Shown here in pieces: positions 1-12,209 of a stretch of 64,000 bases of DNA. The translations under genes and the position numbers were made by a program. This DNA is from Octopus sinensis (Eukaryota): NCBI RefSeq assembly GCF_006345805.1, contig NC_043025.1, positions 12,834,001 through 12,898,000 on the forward strand, in the 5' to 3' direction. Within the stretch, counting starts at the first letter, position 1; each line of letters opens with the position of its first letter. The notes below the pieces were generated by a model. It saw nothing but the letters and a program-made list of their open reading frames with translations. It ran no database searches and was not told the DNA's origin.

Positions 1-496
1 GCGTTGTGTGTGTTATTGAGCGAAAACACCTAAAGCTCCACGAGGCTCCAGCAGGGGATGGTGGTGATCCCTGCTGTACTCTTTCACCACTCTTTCTCTC
101 ACTCTTTCCTCTGTTGGCCTGCTCGCTTAGCCAGCGGGGTGGCGTCATTTGAAGGCTAAAACTATGTGAAGCGGATTGTGACTAGCGGTGTGTAGCAACA
201 TCTGATAGCCTGGTCAATCATGGTGATATATATATATATATATTTGTCATCATCATCATCCAGTGTTTTAAATCTGGGTTTTTGTCCCCGTTAAAGGGGG
301 TGGCCGGATCTACTTCAATGCCATAGCAACCAAGGTAGGCAGGTGCAGCCCACCCCAAGCTTTGGGCTGGCTGGTGCCCATTCTCCTTTGCTATAATGAG
401 GTTTTTTTGAGGCTGGAGTTTCTACGGGGAGCATGCCTTTGTTTATCCCCAACCTCAGTTTCTAGACATGAGTGGTCCTGAGAGCAAGGCTTCTAT

Positions 497-870
497 ATCA
501 TCATCATCATTGTTCGACCGTGGTCGAGACAATGGAATTTACCATGCTACGCCAGACTTCACGGTCCATCATGGCATTACGGAGGTCCTGTTGCTGGATG
601 CCTGTATCCCTGGAGATTACATCAGGGTAGGAGAGTGTGCGCCCTCTGGTATCGCGAGTAGATGGCTTCCAGAGGAGAAGAGTAGAAATTACCTCGTCTT
701 CAGCTCTACAACAATGTCCAGCAAACTGGACTCTTATACCTTTCACAAGAGATGACACAGGTGGTAGTTTCCCATATATTTGCACTTTGGTTGGATGACT
801 CTTCCATGAGAGATTTTGAGCTCTCATAAGGAGGTGAGTGTAGGTTCCATCCAACCGCCTCTCAACCGCT
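497..870 (-). mobile_element. RTE-clade LINE, 5'-truncated 3' end (ORF2 C-terminus, (TGA)n tail)
   Basis: LDGTYTxLLMRAQNLSW..RVQFAGHCCR..DREVW, typical RTE C-terminus. Confidence 0.85.
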
Positions 871-879
871 TCTATCTAG

Positions 880-1290
880 AGAGAAAGCCTTTGAATAAGT
901 GCCCTGCTGTGTGGATATGGTGAGCTCGAGGACGCTAGGAAAGAGGAGAGCTGGTGAAAGCTGTACAAGCCAGGTACAAAGAGGCTGGCAGTAAGGCGAG
1001 AGTTAACCACGAGTACAAACGAAGAGTTTGGTGAACAGGTAGGGGTTCGTCCAGGCTCATTCTATTCTCTCCTCTTTTCATCATTGTCCTCCAGGTCATA
1101 AGAGAGGAATTCAAGACTGGCAGCCTTTGGGAACTACTAAACTACATATTCTGATGATATTGAGCTCATAGGGGATTCTGTATCAGAGCTAGATGAGAAA
1201 TTCCAGGTCCAGGGGTGGAAGCAAAATCTTAAATCTAAGGGCCTTAAGTTAACTTTTAGGCAAACATTTAAGTCCTAATAAGCAAAAAAC
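880..1290 (+). mobile_element. Degraded RTE reverse-transcriptase fragment
   Basis: Frameshifted remnants read like QVGVRPGS..LLFIIVLQVIREEFKTGSLWELL..DDIEL, i.e. RT domains 4-5. Confidence 0.7.
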
Positions 1291-1875
1291 TGACAGGACC
1301 ATGCCAGCATGGACAACTGACCGTTAAATGATGATGATGAGGAGAGGAGAATGAAGAGGACGAGGATACCACACACACACACCACAAAACACACACACAC
1401 ACGCACGCCACATACACACACACACGCACATACACACACATACCCACACACACGCATGCACACATCATACCACGCACACCACATACACATACACACCACA
1501 GCCACACACACACACACACACATACACACACACACGCCACGCGCACACACATTATAGCAATGTGCATCGTTGAGATTCTCTAATCCAAATCCCTCACAGG
1601 TTTTAGTTGGCCTGTGGCTATAGTAGATACGTTTGCCCAAGGTGCCGGCCAGCCACACTGTGGGACGGAACCCTGGAACCACGTCGTTGGGAAAGCAGAG
1701 CTTCTTACCGCTCAGCCGTGACTGGCACCTTGTCTAGTGAAGTCGAGCAGCAAGAAACCGGACCCTTCATTAGCTCAATTTGCAAGACAAGTGGCAGTGG
1801 TGGTCATGTCAGGAGTGGGGGAAGTGGAGATTGTTGATTAAATTAACGCTACTTGATTAAGTAATCACTTATTAC

Positions 1876-1975
1876 NNNNNNNNNNNNNNNNNNNNNNNNN
1901 NNNNNNNNNNNNNNNNNNNNNNNNNNNNNNNNNNNNNNNNNNNNNNNNNNNNNNNNNNNNNNNNNNNNNNNNNNN
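1876..1975. other. Assembly gap (100 N)
   Basis: Run of N. Confidence 1.
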
Positions 1976-2315
1976 TCCTTCCTATAACGCCAACCACTCC
2001 ATGAGTGTAGTGGGTGCTTCTTATGTGCCACCTGTACAGGTGCCAGACGAGGCTGGCAAACGGCCACGATCGGATATATATATATATCACCATGACCAAT
2101 CAGGCTATCAGATGTTGCTACACATCGCATTGTTTTAGCCTTCAAATGTGGCAAACGAGTTTAACAGGGGTCGCCACCACCCCTTGCCGGACCCTCATGG
2201 AGCTTTAGGTGTTTTCACTCAATAAACACTCACAATGCCCAGTCTGGGAATCGAAACCACAATCCTACGACCACGAGTCCGCTGCCCTAACCACTGGGCC
2301 ATTGCGCCTCCACAT

Positions 2316-2354
<39 letters not shown>

Positions 2355-2427
2355 TATATATATACCACACCCACACATATATATACACACCACACACACA
2401 CATATATACACACACACACACATATAT

Positions 2428-2460
<33 letters not shown>

Positions 2461-2769
2461 CAACACACACACATATATATATACACACACACACCACATA
2501 TATATATACACACACACACACATATATATACACACACACACACATATATATACACACACACACACATATAAATATATACACACACACACACATATATATA
2601 TATACATACACACACACACACACACACATATATACACACACACAGACACATATATAGATAAACAGATATGTTTATATGACAAGAAGTTTTGCAAGCGTTC
2701 GATGAATCCCTAAAATAAAAATAAAAACAAGAAACAGGGGTCTTATTGTAAACTTTTTTTTGGCTGTGT

Positions 2770-2931
2770 TTATTGAGGGGTCGTCGACGAAGTGTCTGCT
2801 ACATCTGGGGTCTTCATCTGGAGTCCTTGTCTTTGGAGAAGCTGGAGAAGGGAGTTACAAGTCTTATGTTGACTTCGGGGTCCAGATTTCTTGAGGGTCT
2901 GCAATGTGGGCACTACACTGGTTGGTATTAC
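2770..2931 (-). CDS. MYBBP1A: MYBBP1A terminal coding exon 35 (VIPTSVVPTLQTLKK...DTSSTTPQ*)
   Basis: CTACAG acceptor, phase 0, open to TAA at 2772-2770. Confidence 0.82.
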   Translation of the reverse strand, partial: VIPTSVVPTLQTLKKSGPRSQHKTCNSLLQLLQRQGLQMKTPDVADTSSTTPQ

Positions 2932-3960
2932 CTGTAGGGAGACAAAACAGGGAGACAGTGGTGTTTAGTTGAGACGATAAGGATGTGATGATGGTAGGGA
3001 GCCATCCTATATTAGATGTAAATTTAATAGGGTTCACTTCCAGACCCTCTCACTCTATGAGAGTTTTCAGTCCAATCGCACGTGTCTCGAGGTGTGCTGG
3101 AGAATTTCCATTTTGGATATATTTGGGGTACATAGGTGTGCCCATGACTTAGCGTTTGCTTCTTTCATGGGTATAAGTAAGTATTTCAGTTATTTCTTAC
3201 CGTATTTATCGCTGACGAGGAGAAAATTCTTATGAATTAACTCTGAAATTGGGACCGATACGATAATAACGGAATTTTTGCCAGCTGAGTGGACTGGAGC
3301 AACGTGAAATGAGGTGTTTTGCTCAAGAATACAATGCGTCACCCAGTCCAGGAATCGAAACCACAATCTTACGATCATGATGCTGATGCCGTAACCACTA
3401 AGCCACGTGCCTCCAAAAATAAATGCAGCCAAGCTCATGGGCCCGGTTTCTTGGTTTCAATGGCATATGTGTTCCCCAGCTGGACGGGATGCCAGTCCAT
3501 CGCTGCGTTACTCATTTTTGCCAGCTGAGTGGACTGGAGCAACGTGAAATGAAGTGTTTTGATCAAGAACACAACGCGTCGCCCGGTCCAGGAATCGAAA
3601 CCACAATCTTACGATCATGAATTCAACACCCTAACCTATTTCTTTATTACCCACAAGGGGCTAAACATAGATGGGACAAACAAGGACAGACATAGGTAGT
3701 AAGTCGATTCCATCGACCACAGTGCGTAACTGGTACTTAATTTATCGACCCCGAAAGGATGAAAGGCAAAGTCGACCTCGACGGAATTTGAACTCAGAAC
3801 GTAACGGCAGACAAAATACGGCTACGCATTTCGCCCAGCGTGCTAACGATTCTGCCAGCTCGCCGCCTTAACCACTCTAACCACTTAGCCATGCGCCTCC
3901 ACATTCTAGAAGAAGGGAAACATCAAAAAACAGACAGCATCATGTGATGTGACTACTTAC

Positions 3961-4056
3961 TTGGAGATTGTCTCCTTTATCAATTGTCAGGATGTTACGG
4001 AAGAGACACATTACTTGGTCTAGGAATTTTGGTTTGGCTGAACTGGATTCTAACAC
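3961..4056 (-). CDS. MYBBP1A: MYBBP1A exon 34 (VLESSSAKPKFLDQVMCLFRNILTIDKGDNLQ)
   Basis: CCACAG / GTAAGT, phase 0-0. Confidence 0.85.
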
Positions 4057-4267
4057 CTGTGGAATACAAAGGAGGAGAATGGACACATTAACATCATTTA
4101 GGGACACATTAAATACGTCATCACCATCATCATCGTCTCGTCATCATCACCATCACTATCATCAGGTTTTCTTGACCATGGGTCAAAACCTGGTCTAACG
4201 TCCCTTTTTCCCTCCCTCTGGAAGTATACCCTTCTGTGATTTAGACATGTCTAATACAAGATCTGGC

Positions 4268-4497
4268 TTAACCCCTTAGTGTTTAAACAGGCCATATCGG
4301 CCCAAATATTCTACATGTTTTATATTTAAACTAGCCATATCTAGCCTCTCACACCTAACCTACACTGACATTCTAAAAATAAATAATCACATCATTGAAA
4401 TCTCAAAGATATAATAAGATAATGCATGATTAATTCAAAACAATTTGAGTGAAAAAGCATTACGTTTAACAGAGTAATCTGAACACTAAAGGGTTAA
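4268..4497. mobile_element. piggyBac-type MITE (TTAA|CCC...GGG|TTAA), family 1
   Basis: Terminal inverted repeats with TTAA duplication; copies at ~40067-40294 and ~46465-46688, interrupted copies at 43064-44920 and 58610-59110. Confidence 0.75.
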
Positions 4498-5069
4498 AGT
4501 GTTTCATATAAGATATGGTTTAACTCCTGGACAACGCTTGATGCGTTGCCAGTACCGCCTGACTGGCCCTTGTGCTAGTGGCACGTAAAAGCACCTACTA
4601 CACTCTCGGCATTAGGAAGGGCATCCAGTTGTAGAAACTCTGTCAAATCAAGATTGGAGCCTGGTGCAGTCATCTGGCTCACCAGTCCTCAGTCAAACCA
4701 TCCAACCCATGCTAGCATGGAAAGCGGACGTTAAATGATGATGATGATGATGTGATCACACTTTTGCTTGCCTACCCGTGGTTAACGTAAATATACGATG
4801 TAGATCTGCCCTACATCTATCACGGACTTTTTAGCGGCTGACGTACGTTTACATTCGCTATCGTGTACTTTACCTCTTGAGGTGCACACGCTCGCCGTAC
4901 CGTGCATTATCTTAGCTATTTTAGGTTACGTCCAAGTCATGAGACTAGCAGTAGACCAATGACATGTGGATACTTTACATGCATAATACCGTGTTTTGAG
5001 TTGTACCACACACAAACTATTTTCTGAACCTGAGCAGAATAACTCGTGCATATCATATTATGATAAAGA

Positions 5070-5622
5070 GTGGAGGCGCAATGGCCCAGTGGTTGGGGCA
5101 GCGGACTCGCGGTTGTAGGATCGCGGTTTCGATTCCTTAACCGGGCGTTGTGAGTGTTTATCGAGCGAAAACACCTAAAAGCTCCACGAGGCTCCGGCAG
5201 GGGATGGTGGTGATCCCTGCTGTACTCTTTCACTGTGGAGGCGCAATGGCCCAGTGGTTAGGGCAGCGGACTCGCGGTCGTAGGATCGCGGTTTCGATTC
5301 CTTAACCGGGCGTTGTGAGTGTTTATCAAGCGAAAACACCTAAAAGCTCCACGAGGCTCCGGCAGGGGATGGTGGTGACCCCTGCTGTACTCTTTCACCA
5401 CAACTTTCTCTCACTCTTACTTCCTGTTTCTGTTGTACCTGTATTTCAAAGGGCCGGCCTTGTCACTCTCTGTGTCACGCTGAATATCTCCGAGAACTAC
5501 GTTAAGGGTACATGTGTCTGTGGAGTGCTCAGCCACTTACACATTAATTTCACGAGCAGGCTGTTCCGTTGATTCGGATCAACCGGAACCCTCGTCGTCG
5601 TAACCGACAGAGTGCTTCCACC
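5070..5622 (+). mobile_element. tRNA-derived SINE family A (partial head plus full copy) with an 11-bp TSD ATTATGATAAA
   Basis: A box TGGCCCAGTGG, B box GGTTTCGATTCC; TSD at 5057-5067 and 5623-5633; an uninterrupted host sequence is seen near 57125. Other copies at 1-215, 2157-2311(-), 11050-11345, 11909-12160, 13093-13345, 21997-22380, 32230-32600(-), 40629-40895. Confidence 0.85.
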
Positions 5623-6482
5623 ATTATGATAAATAGCTTTACATGGTTCGTTTTCATAAACCGGTAGACGTAAAAGCAGTTTGACCATAAAACAGAGAGA
5701 CTATTTGGACCGCATACGGCCAGTGTAAAAAAAGCTAAAGGGATACATGTCTATGCATGAAACAATGCGGGAGACCTCTACATGGGCTGAAGCTGATCTC
5801 AAAATGGTGAACCTTAAGGAGATGACAACAGCTTGAGGTATATGGTGCATTGCTGTACTCAAGAAGATGTGCCCACCACAACAGAATTGAGATCCTAAAA
5901 CCAAGGGGCTACATAAAAAGCACTTGTGCTGGTTCCAATTATCAAGCACTGGTCACACCTCCATGTGAAAGACACTCTTTTACTCTTTTACTTGTTTCAG
6001 TCATTTGACTGTGGCCATGCTGGAGCACTGCCTTTAGTCGAGCAACTCGACCCCGGGACTTATTCTTTGTAAGCCCAGTGCTTATTCTATCGGTCTCATT
6101 TGCCGAACTGCTAAGTTACGGGGACGTAAACACACCAGCATCGGTTGTCAAGCAATGCTAGGGGGACAAACACAGACACACAAGCACACACACATATATA
6201 TATATATGTGTTCTTGAGCAAGGCACTTTATTTTCACGTTGCTCCAGTTCACTCAGCTGTAGAAATGAGTTGCGACGTCACAGGTGCCAAGCTGTATCGG
6301 CCCTTGCCTTTCCCTTGGACAACATCGGTGACGTGGAGAGGGGAGGCCGGTATGCATGGGCTACTGCTGGTCTTCCATAAAACAACCTTGCCCAGACTTG
6401 TGCCTCAGAGGGTATCTCTCTAGTGCAAACCCATGGTCAGTGCCTGACCGAAGGGGGTCTTTACCCCTTACCCTTACATATA

Positions 6483-6533
<51 letters not shown>

Positions 6534-7033
6534 GACAGGCTTCTTTCAGTTTCCGTCTACCAAATCCACTCACAAGGCATTGGTCGGCCCGAGGCTATAG
6601 TAGAAGACACTTGCCCAAGATGCCACGCAGTGGGACTGTACCCGGAACCATGTGGTTGGTAAGCAAGCTACTTACCACACAGCCACTCCTGTGCCTGGTG
6701 ATGGGCGTCGCATAAAAAGCACCCAGTACACTCTGTAGAGTGGCTGGCATTAGGAAGGGCATCAAGCTGTAGAAACCATGCCAAAACTGACTACGGAACC
6801 TGGTACAGCCCCTAGCCGTGCCACCTCCTATCGTCTCATCCAACCCATGCCAGCATCGAAAACAGCTGCTAATTGACGACAATGATGATGATGATGATGA
6901 ATGGGTCTACTAATGTGTCCCCGGCCACCATACTGCACAGCTTATGGACCTCAAAACCCCACCCTGTAAGCAACCAGGTATCAGTAGCAATGTACCCAGG
7001 TATCCACCCGCAACCCCCACCACCTTCACCTAC

Positions 7034-7099
7034 CTTGATAATTACTGGTACTGTGGTGGTCACGAATGTTTTCCACTGTTTGGTTGAGAGTTTTTGATG
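7034..7099 (-). CDS. MYBBP1A: MYBBP1A exon 33 (HQKLSTKQWKTFVTTTVPVIIK)
   Basis: TTCCAG / GTAGGT, phase 0-0; matches PEWKQLM. Confidence 0.83.
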
Positions 7100-7632
7100 C
7101 TGGAATTGAGAGAGAAAGAGAGAGAGAGGTTGTATGAGGATGAGGACAAAAACAGCAATAACAACAACAAGGAAGGGCACATTAGATAATGTAGTCCTAG
7201 ATACACTATGCCTGAATAAAAGACAGGATGGTCACAGCTGGAACATCTTTGATCATAGGTTTGCCAGATCAGGACTGACCTAGGGCTAAACAACAAGGAA
7301 GGACACATTAGATAATGTAGTCCTAGATACACTATGCCTGAATAAAAGACGGGATGGTCACAACTGGAACATCACTGATCATGAGTCTGTCTGGATCAGG
7401 ACTGACCTGGGGCTAAACAACAGAAACAAGGAAGGACACATTAGATAATGTAGTCCTAGATACACTATGCCAGAATAAAAGACAGGATGGTCACAGCTGG
7501 AACATCTTCGATCATAGGTCTTTCTGGATCTAAACTGACCTGGGGCTAAGCAACAACACAAATGTGCTACATCACACCACTAACTATCACAATCAGCATC
7601 ACACAACCCAACCATGACCATCGCCACTTACC

Positions 7633-7677
7633 ATGTTCTTGTCCACCATACAACACAACAATCTGGCAGCTTTCAAC
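7633..7677 (-). CDS. MYBBP1A: MYBBP1A exon 32 (LKAARLLCCMVDKNM)
   Basis: TTTCAG / GTAAAG, phase 0-0. Confidence 0.82.
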
Positions 7678-7721
7678 TGAAACAACAAAGAAACGAGAAT
7701 TTATTCGTTAAAAAAGAGCTG

Positions 7722-8270
7722 ATAATGTTAATTACTAGTTTGATAATGATAATTGCTAGTATGATAATGTAATTACTAGTTTGATAATGATAATTGCTAG
7801 TATGATAATGTAATTACTAGTTTGATAATGATAATTGCTAGTATGATAATGTAATTACTAGTTTGATAATGATAATTGCTAGTATGATAATGTAATTACT
7901 AGTTTGATAATGATAATTGCTAGTATGATAATGTAATTACTAGTTTGATAATTGCTAGTATGATAATGTAATTACTAGTTTGATAATGATAATTGCTAGT
8001 ATGATAATGTAATTAGCAGTTTGATAATGATAATCACTAGTATGATAATGTAATTACTAGTTTGATAATGATAATTGCTAGTATGATAATGTTAATTACT
8101 AGTTTGATAATTGCTAGTATGATCATGTAATTACTAGTTTGATAATGATAATTGCTTGTATGATAATGTAATTACTAGTTTGATAATGATAATTGCTAGT
8201 TTGATAAAATTAATTACTAGTTTGATAAAGGTAATTATTTGGTCGATAATTCTAATTACTGGACTGATAA
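7722..8270. repeat. 41-bp AT-rich minisatellite (~13 copies; 21+20-bp internal dimer)
   Basis: ATTACTAGTTTGATAATGATA+ATTGCTAGTATGATAATGTA. Confidence 0.9.
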
Positions 8271-9118
8271 TGTTAATTCCTGGGCTTATGGCAGGGTTTC
8301 ATCTCAAATAGCAACAACTGTTCCAAAATTTCTGGCACAAGGCCCAGCAATTTTGGGGAGAGTGGGGGGCTAGGTAAATGCATTGACCCCAATATGCAAC
8401 TGGTATCAGTTTTACCAACCCTGAAAGGCAGGGTCGATCTCAGCGGAATTCAAACTCAAAACCTAAAGATTAATGATTCTGGCAGCTCGTGACCGTAATA
8501 ATGGTTTCGAATTTTGCCACAAGGCCAGGAATTTCAGGGGATGGGGCTAAGTTGATTACATCAACCCCAGCGTTCCACTGGTACTTTTATTCTATCAACC
8601 TTGAAAGAATGAAAGGCAAAGTCGACTTCAGCAGAATTTGAACTCAGAATGTAAAGACAAACAAAATGCCACTAACCTTTTTCTCTGGAATGCTAACAAT
8701 TCTGCCATCTTGCCACCAATAATGGTTTCAAATTTTGGCACAAGGCCAGCAATTTCGGGTGGGGGGGGATAATAATAATAATAATATCCTTAAGTAAGTC
8801 CCTGACCCTACTAGGTCATTATATAAGCCACTGCCACCCATAATCCAGCCCCTACACAAGATACCCGATGCTCACCCCCAGGTAACAGTATGTACCACTT
8901 ACACACCCTTACAAACCCTAATCCTATTGTATGTTTTACACACCCTATTGTATGTTTTACACACCCTTACAAACCCTAATCCTATTGTATGTACCCTGCA
9001 GACCCTACACAGTATGTACCACTTACACACCCTTACAAATCCTCCTTAGCCTTGATATCCTATACTAACCTGCACCAATCCACCCCACCCACCCCTATTG
9101 TATGTACCCTGCACTCAC

Positions 9119-9190
9119 CCGTTTCGTTAATTTCTCCTCCTCTGTAGACATGGCAGTCACAAGCCCATTGCTTTCTTTCCAAAATACAAT
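9119..9190 (-). CDS. MYBBP1A: MYBBP1A exon 31 (IVFWKESNGLVTAMSTEEEKLTKR)
   Basis: TTTCAG / GTGAGT, phase 0-0. Confidence 0.85.
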
Positions 9191-9465
9191 CTGAAACAAC
9201 AACATTAATTAATACTTCTAATTAAGACACAAGGACAGTAATTAGAAGAGGAAGGGTTGTTTTATTGGCCCTGTTTTGTTTTAAAAGGATATTTATTTTA
9301 CTAACATATATAACAAAGAGGGGTTGTAATGTATGCAATGGCATGACCACCACCACATAATATTGAGGAGAGTCAAAAGTTTTGCAATCGGTGCTGTGTT
9401 AATACACCCATGCTGGGTTACTCGACCAGAAGAAAATTCTAACTGGGCCCCACCTGCAAGGTTAT

Positions 9466-9866
9466 ACGCAGGAGTGGCTGTGTGGTAAGTAGCTTGTTTA
9501 CCAACCACATGGTTCTGGGTTCAGTCCCACTGCGTGGCACCTTGGGCAAGTGTCTTCTACTATAGCCTCGGGCCAACCAATGCCTTGTGAGTGGATTTGG
9601 TAGACGGAAACTGAAAGAAGCCTGTCGTATATATGTATATATATATATGTGTGTGTTTGTGTGTCTGTGTTTGTCCCCCTAGCATTGCTTCACAACCGAT
9701 GCTGGTGTGTTTACGTCCCCGTCACTTAGCGGTTCGGCAAAAGAGACCGATAGAATAAGTACTGGCTTACAAAGAATAAGTCCCGGGGTCGAGTTGCTCG
9801 ACTAAAGGCGGTGCTCCAGCATGGCCGCAGTCAAATGACTGAAACAAGTAAAAGAGTAAAAGAGTA
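9466..9866 (+). mobile_element. tRNA-derived ~400-bp SINE family B with a CORE-like box (representative copy)
   Basis: GTGGCTGTGTGG..GGTTCAGTCCC head, ACCTTGGGCAAGT box, internal (TA/TG)n, GTAAAAGA tail. Plus-strand copies near 13941, 20004, 31462, 40908, 44355, 47013; minus-strand copies near 5982, 16612, 20680, 34675, 36825, 47708, 50048, 54733, 57315, 57703, 58692. Confidence 0.85.
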
Positions 9867-10403
9867 TATGGTTGTGATGCATGTGCCTGGTGTACCTTTA
9901 TCAGACGGGTTGTCATGATGGGTATACGGGCTTCGTATATTTTACCTCAGTGTCACTTTGATGGCATGCACTGCTCTCTCACTCAATAATGATAATAATA
10001 TAATTCTTTACTGTCCACAAGGGGCTATACACAGAGGGGACAAACAAGGACAGACAGACGGATTAAGTTGATTATATCGACCCCTGTGCGTTGAAAGGGA
10101 TTCTTGGAGGTTTGGATAATTCACCTCTGGGAACATGTGTGGTTTGTTCAACATCCCTAAACAAGCCTTATTCAGGGACCTTTTGAGTGGGATGGGCTAC
10201 TCGACCTGAAGAAAATTCTAACTGGGCCCCACCTGCAAGGTCATGTGCTGTTTATCTTGATATGAGATCACCATGTCGCGCACATATGGTTGTGATGCAT
10301 GTGTCTGGTGTACCCTTATCAGACGGGTAGTCATGATGGGTATACTGGGCTTCGTATATTTTACCCCAGTGTCACTTTGGTGGCATGCGCTGCTCTCTCA
10401 CTC

Positions 10404-10454
<51 letters not shown>

Positions 10455-10573
10455 TGTTTCAGATTTAGGTACAAGGCCAGCAGCTTTTGAGGGGTGGGAG
10501 AAGTCGGTTACAATGACCCCAGTATTTGACTGGTACTTAGAAGTAGTAGTAGTAGTAGTAGTGATTCACTTAC

Positions 10574-10622
10574 TGGAAGTTTCACAATGAGGTTCTGGTA
10601 AAAACAAAAGAAATTCTGGTAC
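10574..10622 (-). CDS. MYBBP1A: MYBBP1A exon 30 (YQNFFCFYQNLIVKLP)
   Basis: poly-T TTCCAG / GTAAGT, phase 2-0; matches FLSLFSRHP. Confidence 0.85.
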
Positions 10623-10684
10623 CTGGAAAAAAAAAAAATAAAAACTGAGTTAAGGGGTCATACACTGGCTTTTGTATTTACAAG

Positions 10685-11010
10685 GGACACAGACTAGCCC
10701 TTCTATATATGGGGAGATAGACTGGCCGTTCTATTTAAGGGGACACAACCTGGCCCTTCTATTTAAGGGGACACAGTCTGACCCTTCTATCTATGGGGAT
10801 ACATAGATTGGCCCTTCTATTTAAAGGGATACAGCTTGGCTCTTCTATCTATGGGGATACATAGATGACCCTTCTATTTATTGGGACACATACACTGGCC
10901 CTTCTATTTATGGGAACACATAACCTAGTTCTTCTACCTAGTGGGGACACATGGCCTGGCCCTTTTATCTATGGGTTCACAAATTAGCCCTTCTATTTAT
11001 GGGGGGAAAT
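10685..11010. repeat. Degenerate 27-29-bp minisatellite (~12 copies)
   Basis: GGGGACACA..CTGGCCCTTCTATTTA variants. Confidence 0.75.
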
Positions 11011-11342
11011 CTAGTCCCTTTTTAAGCCTGGTACTTATCTTTGGGTGGAGGCACATGGCTTAGTGGTTAGAGCAGTGGACTCACTGTCAGGGGATCACGG
11101 GTTCGAATCTCAGACCGGGCGATGTGTGTGTTTATGAGCGAAAACACCTCAGCTCCACGCGGCTCCAGCAGAAGGTAATGGTGAACTGCTGACTCTTTCG
11201 CCACAACTTTCTCTCACTCTTTCCTCCTGCATCTTGCAGCTCACCTGTGATGGACCAGCATCCCGTCCAGGTGGGGAACCCATACGCCAAAGAAACCGGG
11301 AAAACTGGCCCTTATGAGCCAAGCGTGGCTTGAGAAGAAACA

Positions 11343-11377
<35 letters not shown>

Positions 11378-11380
<3 letters not shown>

Positions 11381-12173
11381 GATGGGCTTCTTTCAGTTTC
11401 CGTCTACCAAATCCACTCACAAGGCTTTGATTGGCCCAAGATTATAGTGGAAGATACTCAACCAGTGTACCACGCAGTGAGACTGAACCCAGATCCGTGT
11501 GGATAGAGGAAGCAAATTTCTTACCACTTGAGACCAAGTCAAAAATTACAAGTGATGTACCAGACTCTGGTACTCGGTTGGTCCTTGTTATTATACTGAC
11601 AACAGCAGGAATTGAAACCAGAACGCAGAGGAATGCAATGAAATAGCCACACTGCAAAATATTTCGAATAATAATTTCGAATCCAGTTGTCTTTTCGAAT
11701 CCAATTTGTCTTTTCATTCTTCAGGGTGTCCACGAAATAGAATTCGTTAAGTAGTAAGGGAGGTAACTGTACACTTACCCCTGTTATTTAACTTGTAATA
11801 TTTGTTGAACCTTTTACCATTGAGACTATTCTGTCGAACGCAATACAGTAGTACCTCGGTTTTCAAACAACTCTCACCACGAAGAAATTGTGCTATATAT
11901 ATATATATGTGGAGGCGCAATGGCCAAGTGGTTAGGGTAGCGGACTCGCGGTTTCGATTCCCAGACCGGGCGTTGTGTGTGTTTATTGAGCGAAAACACC
12001 TAAAAGCTCCGGCAGGGGGTGGTGATCCCTGCTGTACTCTTTCACCACTCTTTCTTCTGTTGGCCTGCTCGCTTAGCCAGCGGGGTGGCGTCATTCGAAG
12101 GCTAAAACAATGCGAACGCATTGTGACCAGCGATGTGTAACTACATCTGATGGACTGGTCGTAAAAAAAAAAA

Positions 12174-12209
<36 letters not shown>

